A stretch of 63,950 nt of DNA, the filler included, from Dirinaria sp. TL-2023a (Eukaryota), in the NCBI GenBank assembly GCA_051941275.1. It is 4 parts of 4 records of this genome, joined end to end, with 100 filler letters (N's around TTAATTAATTAA, not from the genome) between each part and the next. Parts side by side here need not be neighbours in the genome. Positions count along the whole stretch, not along the records: positions 32,865 to 49,179 come from JAVEBF010000497.1; 3 more parts are not named here. The stretch is one strand, 5' to 3'. The stretch's first letter is position 1. Each line of letters starts with the position of its first letter. The notes beneath the pieces were generated by a model. The model was not told where the DNA came from, did no database searches, and was given only the letters and a program-made list of their open reading frames with translations. The translations under genes and the position numbers were made by a program. Positions 37,755-49,279 of the stretch are shown one piece after another.

Positions 37755-39266
37755 GGCACGGCTGCTAAACCACTCTATCCAAGGAATCAGCTAACGTGAT
37801 ATCCCAAAAGCTCGTCGCAATTTGCATCATCAGCAGTAGCGGACAATCGAGACAGATGACTATGTACGGCGGCGTGAGATGGTTGAAGGTCGAGCTGAGC
37901 AATTTTAAGGCCAAGCTAAGCGACTTTGTTGTGGGTCTATTCGAAGGGTGATTGTTTTTTGGGTTGCGAAGGCAGCACGAAATGGAATGGGTCACGTGTT
38001 TTGGAGTTTAGTTTCCTAAGTCGAATTTCTCTAGCCAGAGAAGTGCCTCTTATACGAACCATTCTTACAATAGGAGTCTTCAATCCAATTTGCAGTGCGC
38101 TTAAGGGAGCTGAACGCAGGACATGATTCGTCATGCCAATTGCGAGTTATTCAGCTGATTCAATCGTTGAGAAAGTGCATATCTGTGAACAAGTAGTGGC
38201 CTTGCCACGGAACCCAAGTAGGGCCTTAAGGTTAGGTGACAAAGTGCGAGTAAAATGAAAATAAATCAGTCCTGCTTTCGAGGAAAGTATACCAATCCTA
38301 GTTTTGGCACCCGCTACCTACTTACCCTGTACTAGAAGCGTATTTTTGGTGGCTTGGAGCCCAGGGTTCTCAGGGCTTTTTGGAATCGAATGTCGCGGAT
38401 GGTGAAGTGTGTAGTATAGCATGTACAGAGCTAGGGAAGAGCTTTACCACTGCACAATTTAACGCGCTTATAATTCAGTAATTGGAAATTAGAAATATAT
38501 TTGTTCTTTTCTTTCGTGTCATTGTATGATTGATCATCATGCCAATACATTACTGTAATGCACGCTCCTTGGAAAGATGAGAGAGGCTACCTTACATAAC
38601 TGCAGTAAAGTACATTTACATAAGTAAGAGGAGATTATAATGTAAGAAAAGATTCGTTAATCAGTAAACTGCAGCCACAACACCGATCAGGCCTGTATTA
38701 GGGCTACGCTAAAAAAAAGTTTGATAAAGCTGGGCTCAGAGCTGATAAGAAACCTTCTTGGAGTTTTCTCATCAAAATCCGGTACCCGTGATTGAGAAAC
38801 TATGGAAAGGGGTTTAGCGTCCTAAATACGCCTAAGGTATTTGGGTTGGATAAGCTTAGGCTATCTGACTATGCGTCCGTCGAGATAGATTAAGCATGTA
38901 CTCCGTTCCACTTTCAAACAGAATTAGGAAGAGATGTCGATCATGACTATTACTATAGGCTGAGGTTCCTTTTAGGTTAGTCTCAGATGTATATCTGCTA
39001 ACGTTAAGCAGATTTCGGTACGGTCGAGAGTACGAATCCGATTTTGAGAGGGGTGGATGATTGCGGTTTTTGGTGAGCTATTTCTAACGAAGCGTAGGAT
39101 TAATTATACCTCCATGTTGGGAGGATAGATAGAAATGAGGTTGTTTTGTTACTTATTGTAACTGAAGATGCTCTGCTTATTATTCAGATATCTCGAGCGC
39201 ATGAAAGAAGTTTGGGCATAATAGAAGTCAGTGGATTATAGGATCTCAGGCTGTAGGCTATGTCCT

Positions 39267-39600
39267 TCAATCCACGTGCTCGAAGAAACCGTCAAGCCTC
39301 ACATGTCTTGGACTCCAATCTGAATAATATACCACGTATTCACGTGTTAGATCTATGATTCTGCTAATAAGTCGCCATTCCAGGTCTGTAACAAGTGCGT
39401 CATTTGTGTACGACTTTTGACGCAATCTCTTTGTACAGGCGGATATGTGGACGCCTGTAAACTTTCGCCCTCTCATGTCTTGCTCCTGATCTAGATATCT
39501 TTGCTGTCGGCCTTGAGATATGGCAAGAATCTGTCAGCAGCCATATCAACAATACTGCGATCGATCTCGAAGACCTCCCAATAGCCATCTTCGCATGATC
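39267..39600 (-). pseudogene. Possible degraded gene relic
   Basis: Protein-like CEDGYWEVFEIDRSIVDMAADRFLPYLKADSKDI is interrupted by TAG/TGA and an apparent frameshift, within an AT-rich gene-free stretch. Confidence 0.25.
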
Positions 39601-41127
39601 CTCCTTACTACCGGATCGGCGACAAAGCTAACATGTATGCAAAGGCGGCACAGATTGGCATCGACGGACATGCTGTGACGAGATCAAGGCGGCTTGGACA
39701 CCAGGCATGATATTGCCGCGGGTTCGGAGGTGGGTTCCTCGACTCGAACGAGGTCAACAAACACAGACGAGATGCGACGTAAGGGAGAAAGAAAAAAATA
39801 GAAAAACAAATGACGAAGCTTGACCGAACGATGTACAATGAATCAATTAGGTCTGAATCGAAGTATGATGTTAGACCAAACGATAGGGAGCGCAAAGGTA
39901 CGATGATGTACGTTCAAAATCCGGTTCCGAACGAGCGTCGGCCACGAGTAAGCACATGCTTCGAGGCATAGGAGAATTAAGAAACCTCCGAACATCCGGA
40001 CAAAAGCACTCCGCCAAGTATGAAGGTCGGTAACGCTTATCTTGCATTCGCATAGCATGTCATAGGTCATGCTGACTCACTCCAAGAGAAGAATACGTTT
40101 CACTTGAGATATTGCCTGAGCTGACATCTTGGCAGCACCATGCATCAATCGCATGACATCACTTACTCTGTCTCTGAATACAAAGTGTCATATCTTTTAC
40201 TGTGATCGTAACACATGCTCGCGTTACTCCATTTTCGAGCATGTCAAGCAATTCCTGCTCGCACTATTCGCTTTTCGAATATGTCGAACATCTCATGCTC
40301 GCGTGTCAAAATACGCGAGCATATTAATATATATTTATGTTTTGCGTAATTGAAATTTGAATTCTGTTGCTTTATAACATTATCTTTTCTTTATTCTTTT
40401 TTATATCCCTTATCGTTGCTCGAAACTGCAGTTGTAGTCAGTTTGAACAGAGTGATAGCTGTATTATTTTGGTATCCGATGCCTTCCGCTCATCGAAATT
40501 GAGTTGAATAGATAAAGAAAACGTCACGGATAAAGAACCGAAAGTTCGCTTGCGCATGCTTTTTGGCGTTGTTCGCCCAATTATTCGCCTATAGTCGTTT
40601 GGTATCCGTCGTCGGTCTCGGACCCATTCTTCCGCGACTTTGGAATCGAAAGCGTACTTTCTACCTGGTTATGTGGCTTTTTCCCCATCGCATCCAGCCG
40701 CCTACTTGAACCTTGGCTTTCTAAGATCCTTCCTCCATGTCCTGGCCATAGGCCCATAATTGGGAGCAGCAAAACGCTCCAAAAATGAGAAGAGAAGCTG
40801 TGCCAACGGGGTCAAATTGAAAGCTGCAATGACAACCGGAAGCCCAGAGTCACTTACGAAGGTGCCGGACTTGGGAATTTTCCGTCGCTCTCCGCGTACA
40901 TCCATTGCGCGCAAGTTTATTCAACGAAAGAGCAGATTGACCTGCGAAGAGCTTGACAAAGCGTGATTCAGCAGCAATGACTTCAATATCTACATGTAGC
41001 TTGGCCAGCGCACAGAAATCGGTGCGTATGGAACATCACTTGAGGGAAGAGCCAGAAATCGAGATAAGGTCATGGTAAAGATCCTACAAACCTGAGACCC
41101 GATTCAGAACATCTACGCAAGAGATGG

Positions 41128-43713
41128 TCAGGATTTCACCGAGACGCAGTATCCCTCTCCTGCTTGGAACTGCAAGTTGCAATTCTGCCCGGTCGTTCCG
41201 AGGACTGGATTCCACGCATAGAGCTGAGCGGTCGTGATGCCTGGTGTTGGGCATTAGGCAACATGCAATCAAAGGGAAGAACGTTTGACTCACCGTTCGC
41301 TTGAGCAAAAGAGAAACACGTGTCCCCTTGCTTGGCTTCGACTATGCTGTTACAATTACTCGCTATGCCACTCTGTGTAGGTATGGATGACTTCGTGGTG
41401 CTAGTGGCTTTAGACGAAACGCCAACCTGATGCCTGTTTAGTTTCACGGCGAAACGTCGATTAGAAAGCAAAGTGAACGTACGCAGTAGTCATATCCAGC
41501 TTGGAACTGGTTGGAGCAATTGGCGCCATTAGGACCGAGTATCGTATTCCAGCTGTATAACTCGTCGGTGGTGATACCGTTATCTTGCGCAAATTTGAAG
41601 CAATAGTCCCCTGTCTTGGCCTCGACATACTTGTTGCAAGCAGGGCTAATCCCACTTTGAGTGGGAAACGGAAGGCTCGAAGTCGATGAAGGGCCCGCCC
41701 TGCTGGTGCTTGACGACACAGCAGACCCTTGAGTTCCTACGCAGTAGTCATAGCCGGTCCAGAACTCTGTGGTGCAATTATGACCATCCGGGTACCCAAG
41801 GACCGGGTTCCATGTTGTCAGCTGTGCAAGCGTGATATGAAATCTTTGGGACATGTCATAACAAGTATCGCCAGCGGTAGCGTACGCAAAAGCGATACAG
41901 TCCTTCGCAATGCCTATTTGCGTGGGCGCGCTCGTTGTGCTATTTGGTGTAGGACCATCAGGGCCGACAGGACCGTCTGGATTAGTGCCACTACCTTGTC
42001 CGCCTCTCTGTTGGTCGCCAGCATTAGTGTTGGTGCCATTGATAGGCGGTGGAAGAGTATAGCCCCCGCCAGGTGGACTGTAGAACATTTTAAATGAAGT
42101 TGAAGTGTAAGTGGAAAGGACCTTCTTACCCACTACAAACGTACTGGCCCCCAACCAAGTTGTCGCACAGCCCTATGATGTTTGGATTCCATTGAAGGAA
42201 TAGGGCTACCGTTACGTTGAGGTTGCCTGATGACGAGGAGCTTGCAACAGTCGCGCTGTGGTATGTAAGCGAATCAGAGGTAGGAAAAGAGTTGGATGAC
42301 GACGAACCACGTCTGATTCTGACCGATCTGGACCGTGTCACACTTGAGAGGTGCGCAGATTGAACTCGACGAAGAGGAGCAATCATCGTTCCCAGTGGCC
42401 GCTTGAAGGTCTCCGGTGGTCACACCGTACGTTTGCGACAGAGAGTCGCAAGATCCTGCTGAAGCTCTGCGAACTCTTGCATGGCTTGAAGGATCCTCGT
42501 CTGACTCGACACGATCTAGGTTCCGCTCGACAGGCTGGACTTTATCACGCTTCGAGCTGCTCAGTGAAATCACCTGACCACCACAGCCCGAGGTGTTGGG
42601 TTCAGTGGCGTTTGCATTTGGATCTGTGCCAGGCGGAAGAAACGTTGGCGACGGTGCTGCTGGATAGGAAGGCAAAGCTCGAATGAGCGACGGGGGTAAC
42701 GTTACGTTACAAACGTCGGAGATGTCTTGAACTTGGGAAATTAGATCGTCTGATTCATCTGTATCCGGCAGAAAAGGAGAGTTTATGCGCCACCACAGAA
42801 CGCTCAAAAAGCAGTTGCTACAAAGCTGGGAAAAGTCAATGAGTCTTGCGGAGCTCCAAAATGTGCGAATGCTTACAATAGTATCGTTATAGAAGTTGGC
42901 CTGGTACACATTGTGAGGATCATCTAGACATGGAGATAAGGATTTTGAGAACTTACAATGCGAGTTGCAGCATCCGGGTCCGTGCAAAGTGGGTTTCCGG
43001 GGTCTGAACTGCAATCTGGCTCAGCAACATCAACGCCCACCCAGTTTTGTGCCTGCAGGAAACAGAAATCAGACGTGATATTATTCGACTGGACGGATAA
43101 GCCAGTAGAGCTTGTCCCGGGCGGGGATGTCAGTGTCGGTGCGGCTGAGGCTGGCAAAGACGTGGGCTCCGGATCGACCTCTGGAGTCTGATTAAAGGAT
43201 AGCATGATTGGCAGTTGGCTATCAATCGATTAGTAACAAGGCCTTTGCTTCCAGGGGAAAACAGTTATTCACATGTCGGTAAGACAAGCTAGACCAATGC
43301 CGTCGGCATACCGAATAGCTACCGATTCAGTCGGCACCATCTTTCCGTCAATGGTGATAGTTTGGCCGCCACAAGCGTCTTGCACAGTCTGCAGCCAATT
43401 GCTCGAGGACTGGATACAAGAATCTGCGCAGAGCTGGGTCAAGTTGTCCTGCACCCAGTAGTAGAGATCGACCTGACCAGTCATGCGAAAGAGGTCGGGA
43501 TCGCAGGCTACTGTCGTATTCCTGGCCAAACATGAGAGTGTTCCCCAAAGCATGTCAGGGGCCTTTTTCATCGTACATCGCATTGAGACAGTCGGTCGAG
43601 AAGCCCAAGGAAGAGGCTAACTGAGTGGGATCTACCGACGGCCACATATTGAACTGAGCAGCGACAGTCGTCATGATCGAAGTCCAAAAGAACGAGATGC
43701 TGAAGCCTGCCAT
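41128..43713 (-). CDS. Secreted multi-LysM (CBM50) protein, about 9 exons, about 5 LysM domains
   Basis: Signal peptide [20 protein letters not shown], Cys-rich N-terminal region, and LysM-type repeats [97 protein letters not shown]...GYCVSVKS*. Confidence 0.92.
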
Positions 43714-44501
43714 GGCCGTTGAATACACCGATGTATGGCGCACAAGCATGGAACGCATATGAAAAGGATGAATGAAGAGAGGGAGAATACTGAGAAAATC
43801 ACGAGAAAGCGCCAGAGATCAAGCGATATGGCCGTCCCAATTGCAGGCAGAGAGTCCCGAGCGACGAAAGGGTGCTGATGTCTCATGATGCAGTGGGCAA
43901 GGGATGTAAGATGAAGGGCAGGGCTCGAGCTGAACAGCATCAGCCCGGACGCTTTCATCATCGATATCCTCTCTGCGATTCTCGGTGGTTGTTTCCGCAC
44001 CGGGTGGGGGCCCACTTGGGCCAAATGGGCCTGACAGGGCTCAGCGCTTGCCCTGTTAGGCCTAGTCACAGGCTTGGCATGCATCTCGTTCAGCTGCCTG
44101 CACCGTCTTGACTCTTGAGGTACTAATCTTTACCTAGTATTGCAGGGCAGTTGGAACATTCCTCTGCCTTGTAAAATGAGTATCTTCATTTCGATCCTTC
44201 GGAGGAGCGCCCGGGACAACCTGCTGAATGGAGTAATCCACCTGCGGCAGGTGCCTGCCTCAGCAATGATGGCCTGCGCCTCTTCCCTGCTTTCTCTTGA
44301 CACCGCTCCCCCTTACTCTTGCAGAGAGGCTTCTGATTTCTCCATCAGCTCGGACGCTCTTCATGTAACAGTGTGTGGGATACGGTTTTCCCTTTTAGAT
44401 CTCAGATCGGCCCAAGATCATCACCCAACACTCCCGCTCTTCATGTGCAGACCTATTTCCTCTCTTCTCTTTCATCTCCATACTGAGATTGTGCCGTAGA
44501 T

Positions 44502-47500
44502 ATGAGGTCGCAATGGTTTGTCTTCATTGCCGCTATATCGTCGACCGTCCATGCCCGCATTCTACCCCGGCTTAAGACAGCTCACGCTCTCCAGCCTTTA
44601 GACAGAAGGGATCTGCCGATAGGGACATGCACTGCAGATATCCCATGCGAGAACGGAGCCTGTTGCGGCTCGAACAAGCTATGTGGATATTCTCCAACCG
44701 AGTGTGGTAGCGGATGCACCTCCAACTGCAATGCAAAAGCAGAATGTGGGCAATATGGCAACCCAGGCAAGCAGAATTGTCCTCTCAACGTCTGCTGCTC
44801 GCAATTTGGGTCGGTTCAATGCTCAGAATACACTGCGTCCCTGATTGACTCCTATCCGTAGATTCTGCGGTAGTACATCGGATTTCTGCGATAAAGGCTG
44901 TCAAGCCGGGTTTGGAGGGTGTGGTCCGCCTCCTCGGCCATCTTGTGGCGGCTCGAAAGTTGGTCAACGCACTATAGGGTATGTGCAGAAGCTCTTGGAA
45001 GTGGACTGATGCTGACAAGAAACTACAGCTATTATGAGTCTTGGTCTGCCACTCGGACTTGCCAATCCGTCAGTGCAAACTCCGTACAAGAGCTTTGATA
45101 CTTTGCTAATTTGATCCTAGGTCATGCCTGAGGAACTGAATCTTTCTGGCTATACCCATGTCAACTTTGCGTTTGCCTTTTTCGACCCGAGTAATTTCCA
45201 AATTGCGCCCATGGACTCCAACTCGGCGTCGCTGTATAGTCGGTTCACAGCTTTGAAGAACAAGTATAATGGGCTCGAGGCTTGGGTATCCGTGGGCGGG
45301 TGGTCATTCACCGATCCTGGTCCAACGCAGAATGCTTTCACGACCATGGCTTCATCATCCGCCAATAGACAATCTTTCATCACTGGCCTGATCAAGTTTA
45401 TGAACCAGTACGGTTTTGATGGTCAGTTGGCTATAGTAGGCTGGAAGAAAAGCTGTGCCTGATCGCTGACTTACATAGGAATTGATCTCGATTGGGAGTA
45501 TCCTCAAGCAGATGATCGCGGTGGCCAGCCGGCTGATACTGAAAATTACGTGGCTCTTGCGAAGGAGCTAAAAGCTGCCCTTGGCGGCAAAGGTCTATCG
45601 ATGACACTGCCAACAAGCTACTGGTATCTCCAGCATTTTGACGTGAAATCGCTACAGGATTCCGTCGATTGGTTCAATTTCATGACATATGACCTGCATG
45701 GCGTATGGGATGCTCAGTCGCGTTTCCTGGGTCCTTATATTCAACCTCACACCAACCTTACAGAAATCGACTTGGGACTGGATTTGCTTTGGCGGGCTGG
45801 CGTGTCCGCTGACAAGGTCGTTCTCGGACTGGCGTGGGTAGGTAAAAATCCCCGAAACTTGCGATTCCGATGTAGACTGAGTAGCTGGCCTGCAGTACGG
45901 AAGGTCTTTTACCTTGACGTCGCCTTCGTGCAACACACCAAACGGTGTCTGCAAGTTCTCTGGAGGGGCCAACCCAGGACCATGTTCTGGCACTTCCGGA
46001 ATCCTCGACGATCAGGAGATCCAGGATATCATAACCAAGAATAGCCTAACACCAACGTGGGATCATACGGCTGGTGTCAAATGGATAACCTGGGACAGCA
46101 ATCAGTGGGTCTCATTCGATGATGCAGATACTTTCCAGCAGAAGAAAGTAGGTCTTCTCTCCTTTCACCACAAGCCAGCAAGGCTTATTTGATCCGGCAG
46201 GACTTCGCCAGTCAACGCTGTCTCGGCGGACTGATGGTGTGGGCCATAGACCAAAAAGACCAAACCCAGTCAAATGGGCTGGGCTTGGCTCCTAATGTCT
46301 CGCCAGACCAGCAAGCAAACGCGCAGCAAATGTCCAAAGACCAAGCTGCCTCTCTGAGCTGCTATACTACCAATTGTAACGCCAAGTGTAAAAAGGGGAC
46401 AAACAAAGTCGCCGAGGTCTTCGGTCAGCCGGGACAAGTGTCGACCAGGTTCGTTAGCACCATGACTAGAGTTTCTTTGCTCTTTTAACGTTCGTGATCA
46501 GGGATCGTTGTCCGAAAAACCAGTATCGGAGCGTTTGCTGCAATGACGGAACATCCATGGGCCACTGCCAATGGCGTGGATACCGTGGGGTCGGCATGTC
46601 ATGCATCCAAGGCTGTGCTGACGGTAATCGCGCCCCGGCTGAAAAGAAGCAACCAATTTCTAACGTGGGACTAGGCGAAACGGAAATTGTTACTGACACA
46701 AGCGTGCATGATGGAAGTAAGGTACGAGCTTAAGGGAATATCCAGCAGACTGGGGAGACCTCGTGCGCTAATCGGCCTCCTAGGATCGAACTTGCAATGG
46801 CGGTCTCCAGTCCTACTGCTGCGCTGGGTTCTCACCGCCGCCTTCTAAGAGCCAGCTGCAACAAGAAGCTGCGGATGCTGCAAAGGACGCTGCTGAAGCC
46901 GCCGCTGAACAAGCAGCCCTCGACGTGGCTGCGAAGGCTTTTTGTCGAGTCGCCGTTCCTGCCCTTCTTGCGCCTCTGGAGCTTGCGGAAGACCTGATCC
47001 CTATCGTTGGTTAGCTTTTGATATCTGATTTAGGGCTACTCAGATCCTAATCCGGTCCGGTGCTCTAGGAGAGATTCTCGACATTGCTGAGATCGCAGCA
47101 ACGCCCGCCTTAATTGAAGGCTGTGTCAAAGGCATCGAGAAGGAAGGCAAGGCGGAATTCAAAGTCTTTGGCAAAAAGCATACCCTTTCACTGGGTAAGC
47201 TGCAGGATCGGTCGTATTGAGCCTTTGCTGATTCGGACCGCTAGACCAGCGAAGTGATCTTCCAGAGACGCGACCTCCAAAATCAAGCCATGATCCGGAG
47301 CCAACAAGTTCAGCCTGCAACAAACGCGCTCCGAATTGCAAACGTGTGACGAAGGTAACGTCAGCTAGACAACCAATCATCACAGAGCGTAAGTCAGACT
47401 GTGACGTCTCTCAGAGCCTCTCTAATCCAGATATAAATCAGACCCTGGAATCCCCCCAAGAGTTTGTGATGGGGCTCGCTGGCCACAGGCTTGCCAGCAT

Positions 47501-48603
47501 TATTCCTCTGTAATCCACACCGAGCAACCCCTGGTCGACCCTCATGAGCCCGGCTTTAACCCTCTCACCTGTCCTACCAGATCGCGGAACAACTATCGTG
47601 GGGGTGGGAGGGGTGAGCAAATCACCGTTGATTGGACGGATCAGCATGCTGATAGCTGGTAAGTGATGATGCTGCAACGCAGCCAACTTCTGGTGTCATT
47701 GAAAGCAAATTTCAACGCTCAAGCCTTGTGATGCCTTGCAGCATACTTTTCCTGCACTGGAGTTAACTGGAGACCAGGTGGCATGGTTACATGCAACAAC
47801 TCAACGTGGATTGCCAGAGGGACGAATATCCTCCCATCGGCTTCTGGCAAAACCTGGATATCCATGAGCAACGGATCAGAATGAATCCCCAAAATCAGAA
47901 CGGGCCTGCGGGAGCAGCATTGTTCGGCTTGGGGTTCTGCCGTTTCGATGGACAAGGTAACCCACCGGTGTCGACTCGAAATCCCGTGTTCGATCACATG
48001 ATTCATGGACCCGATCGTGACACATCTGTCTTCCTTGCGGATGTGACTACTACACTTTCCACTGTGTCCATCAGATTTGATAGATTTCCCAACGATCCAG
48101 ACTGGGGAATCACTGCAAACCCTTGCTGGCCTTCAACACTGATTGATGATCCCGGGTTCGCTTTATTGACAAGCGACCCCTGGTACTTGGACTACCCACA
48201 GCGACATCAAGGCGCAGCTGCGTACGCGAAAGCACCTCCTGCAGCGCTTACTCAAAACAACCCTCCTAGACCCGGGTATCAAAAACGATTTATTGACGCA
48301 GGAGAGGAAGTCTTGGCATTAATAGCAGCTAACATGACAGAAGAGGCCCTAGAGCGCCTTGCTGGGCAAGGAATCGATATCTGTGTGGATGAAGAATGCG
48401 CCGGCAAGCTTAAAACCGATGGGAGTCCATTTCGAGGCTTTGGCTCGCAATTTAGCTCGTCTATGCCGAAGCCTCATGATGCAGAACCGACAACAGAAGC
48501 CAGCCGTTCACCACCTACTCCGACATCGATGGCACCTGAAGCCGGTAGCGGCATTCAAGTTGCTCTGGAAGCCACAGCAATGCCTTCTGGAGGATCTGAA
48601 TAG
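44502..48603 (+). CDS. Subgroup-C (killer-toxin-like) GH18 chitinase with CBM18/hevein domains and a long C-terminal extension, many exons
   Basis: Signal peptide; hevein motifs CENGACCGSNKLCGYSPTEC and CPLNVCCSQFG|FCG; SVGGW; spliced catalytic motif FDG|IDLDWEYP (DxxDxDxE intact); FMTYDLHGVWD; LGGLMVWAID; then Cys-rich and C-terminal domains. Confidence 0.93.
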
Positions 48604-48815
48604 CATTTGAGTGATTCTTCAGATCAGAAAGACTCTTGTGACCAAAAATGGCAGTACTCAAGCTGGAGGTGGATCTGGGCTGCTTCACTCCTAGTATATT
48701 CAGCCTAGAAAGAGCGCCGTTTACGGTCCTCGATGGGTTCGGGGTTCTGGATAGCTGGCTGGATCATTTGCCGCAGATAGCCTACATTACCTCCCAGTTA
48801 TTAGCGAGACGGCTG

Positions 48816-49179
48816 TCAGTGCTTTTGCTTTAAGAACTCTCCAAGTTGCGTGCTGCATCTCTCCCTGCTAAAACCGGGACCTGGCCAGCCATTGTTGACA
48901 TAAATCTCGTAAACAATCTGTGTCAATGACACTAAAGTCAGCAATTGAAGCTTCGCCGCGGTCAATGACAAAGCAGTAAAACTTGCCCTGGTCTTCTCAG
49001 GAAGGCTGCCTATCTCCAGTCCCAAGGGACCACGAGCTGCAGACTCTGATTGCACCGCCAATTCTGCCGCTTCGGAAGCTTCTCCCGCATGGCTTTCTCC
49101 CTTCTCCAACGCCAGTCGCATCTGCTCCGCTGCCTCGTTCCCATACGCGTCAGTTATCAGCTCCGTCAGCTCCGTCTCT
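48816..49179 (-). CDS. 3' fragment of a hypothetical protein (5' part beyond the contig end)
   Basis: Frame open from the contig end: ETELTELITDAYGNEAAEQMRLALE...IYVNNGWPGPGFSRERCSTQLGEFLKQKH*. Confidence 0.55.
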
Positions 49180-49279
49180 NNNNNNNNNNNNNNNNNNNNN
49201 NNNNNNNNNNNNNNNNNNNNNNNTTAATTAATTAANNNNNNNNNNNNNNNNNNNNNNNNNNNNNNNNNNNNNNNNNNNN
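49180..49279. other. Artificial contig linker
   Basis: 100-nt N spacer with TTAATTAATTAA. Confidence 0.98.

Noticed and set aside
40295..40322. 10-bp stem hairpin ATGCTCGCGT...ACGCGAGCAT as a Helitron 3' end
   Set aside because: No CTRR terminus at the expected distance and no other Helitron evidence.
16344..49279. TTAATTAATTAA motif repeated three times inside N-runs, and any gene linkage across them (e.g. RAM1 as prenylating partner of the RiPP)
   Set aside because: These are artificial six-frame-stop linkers joining unrelated contigs of similar length; adjacency across them has no biological meaning.
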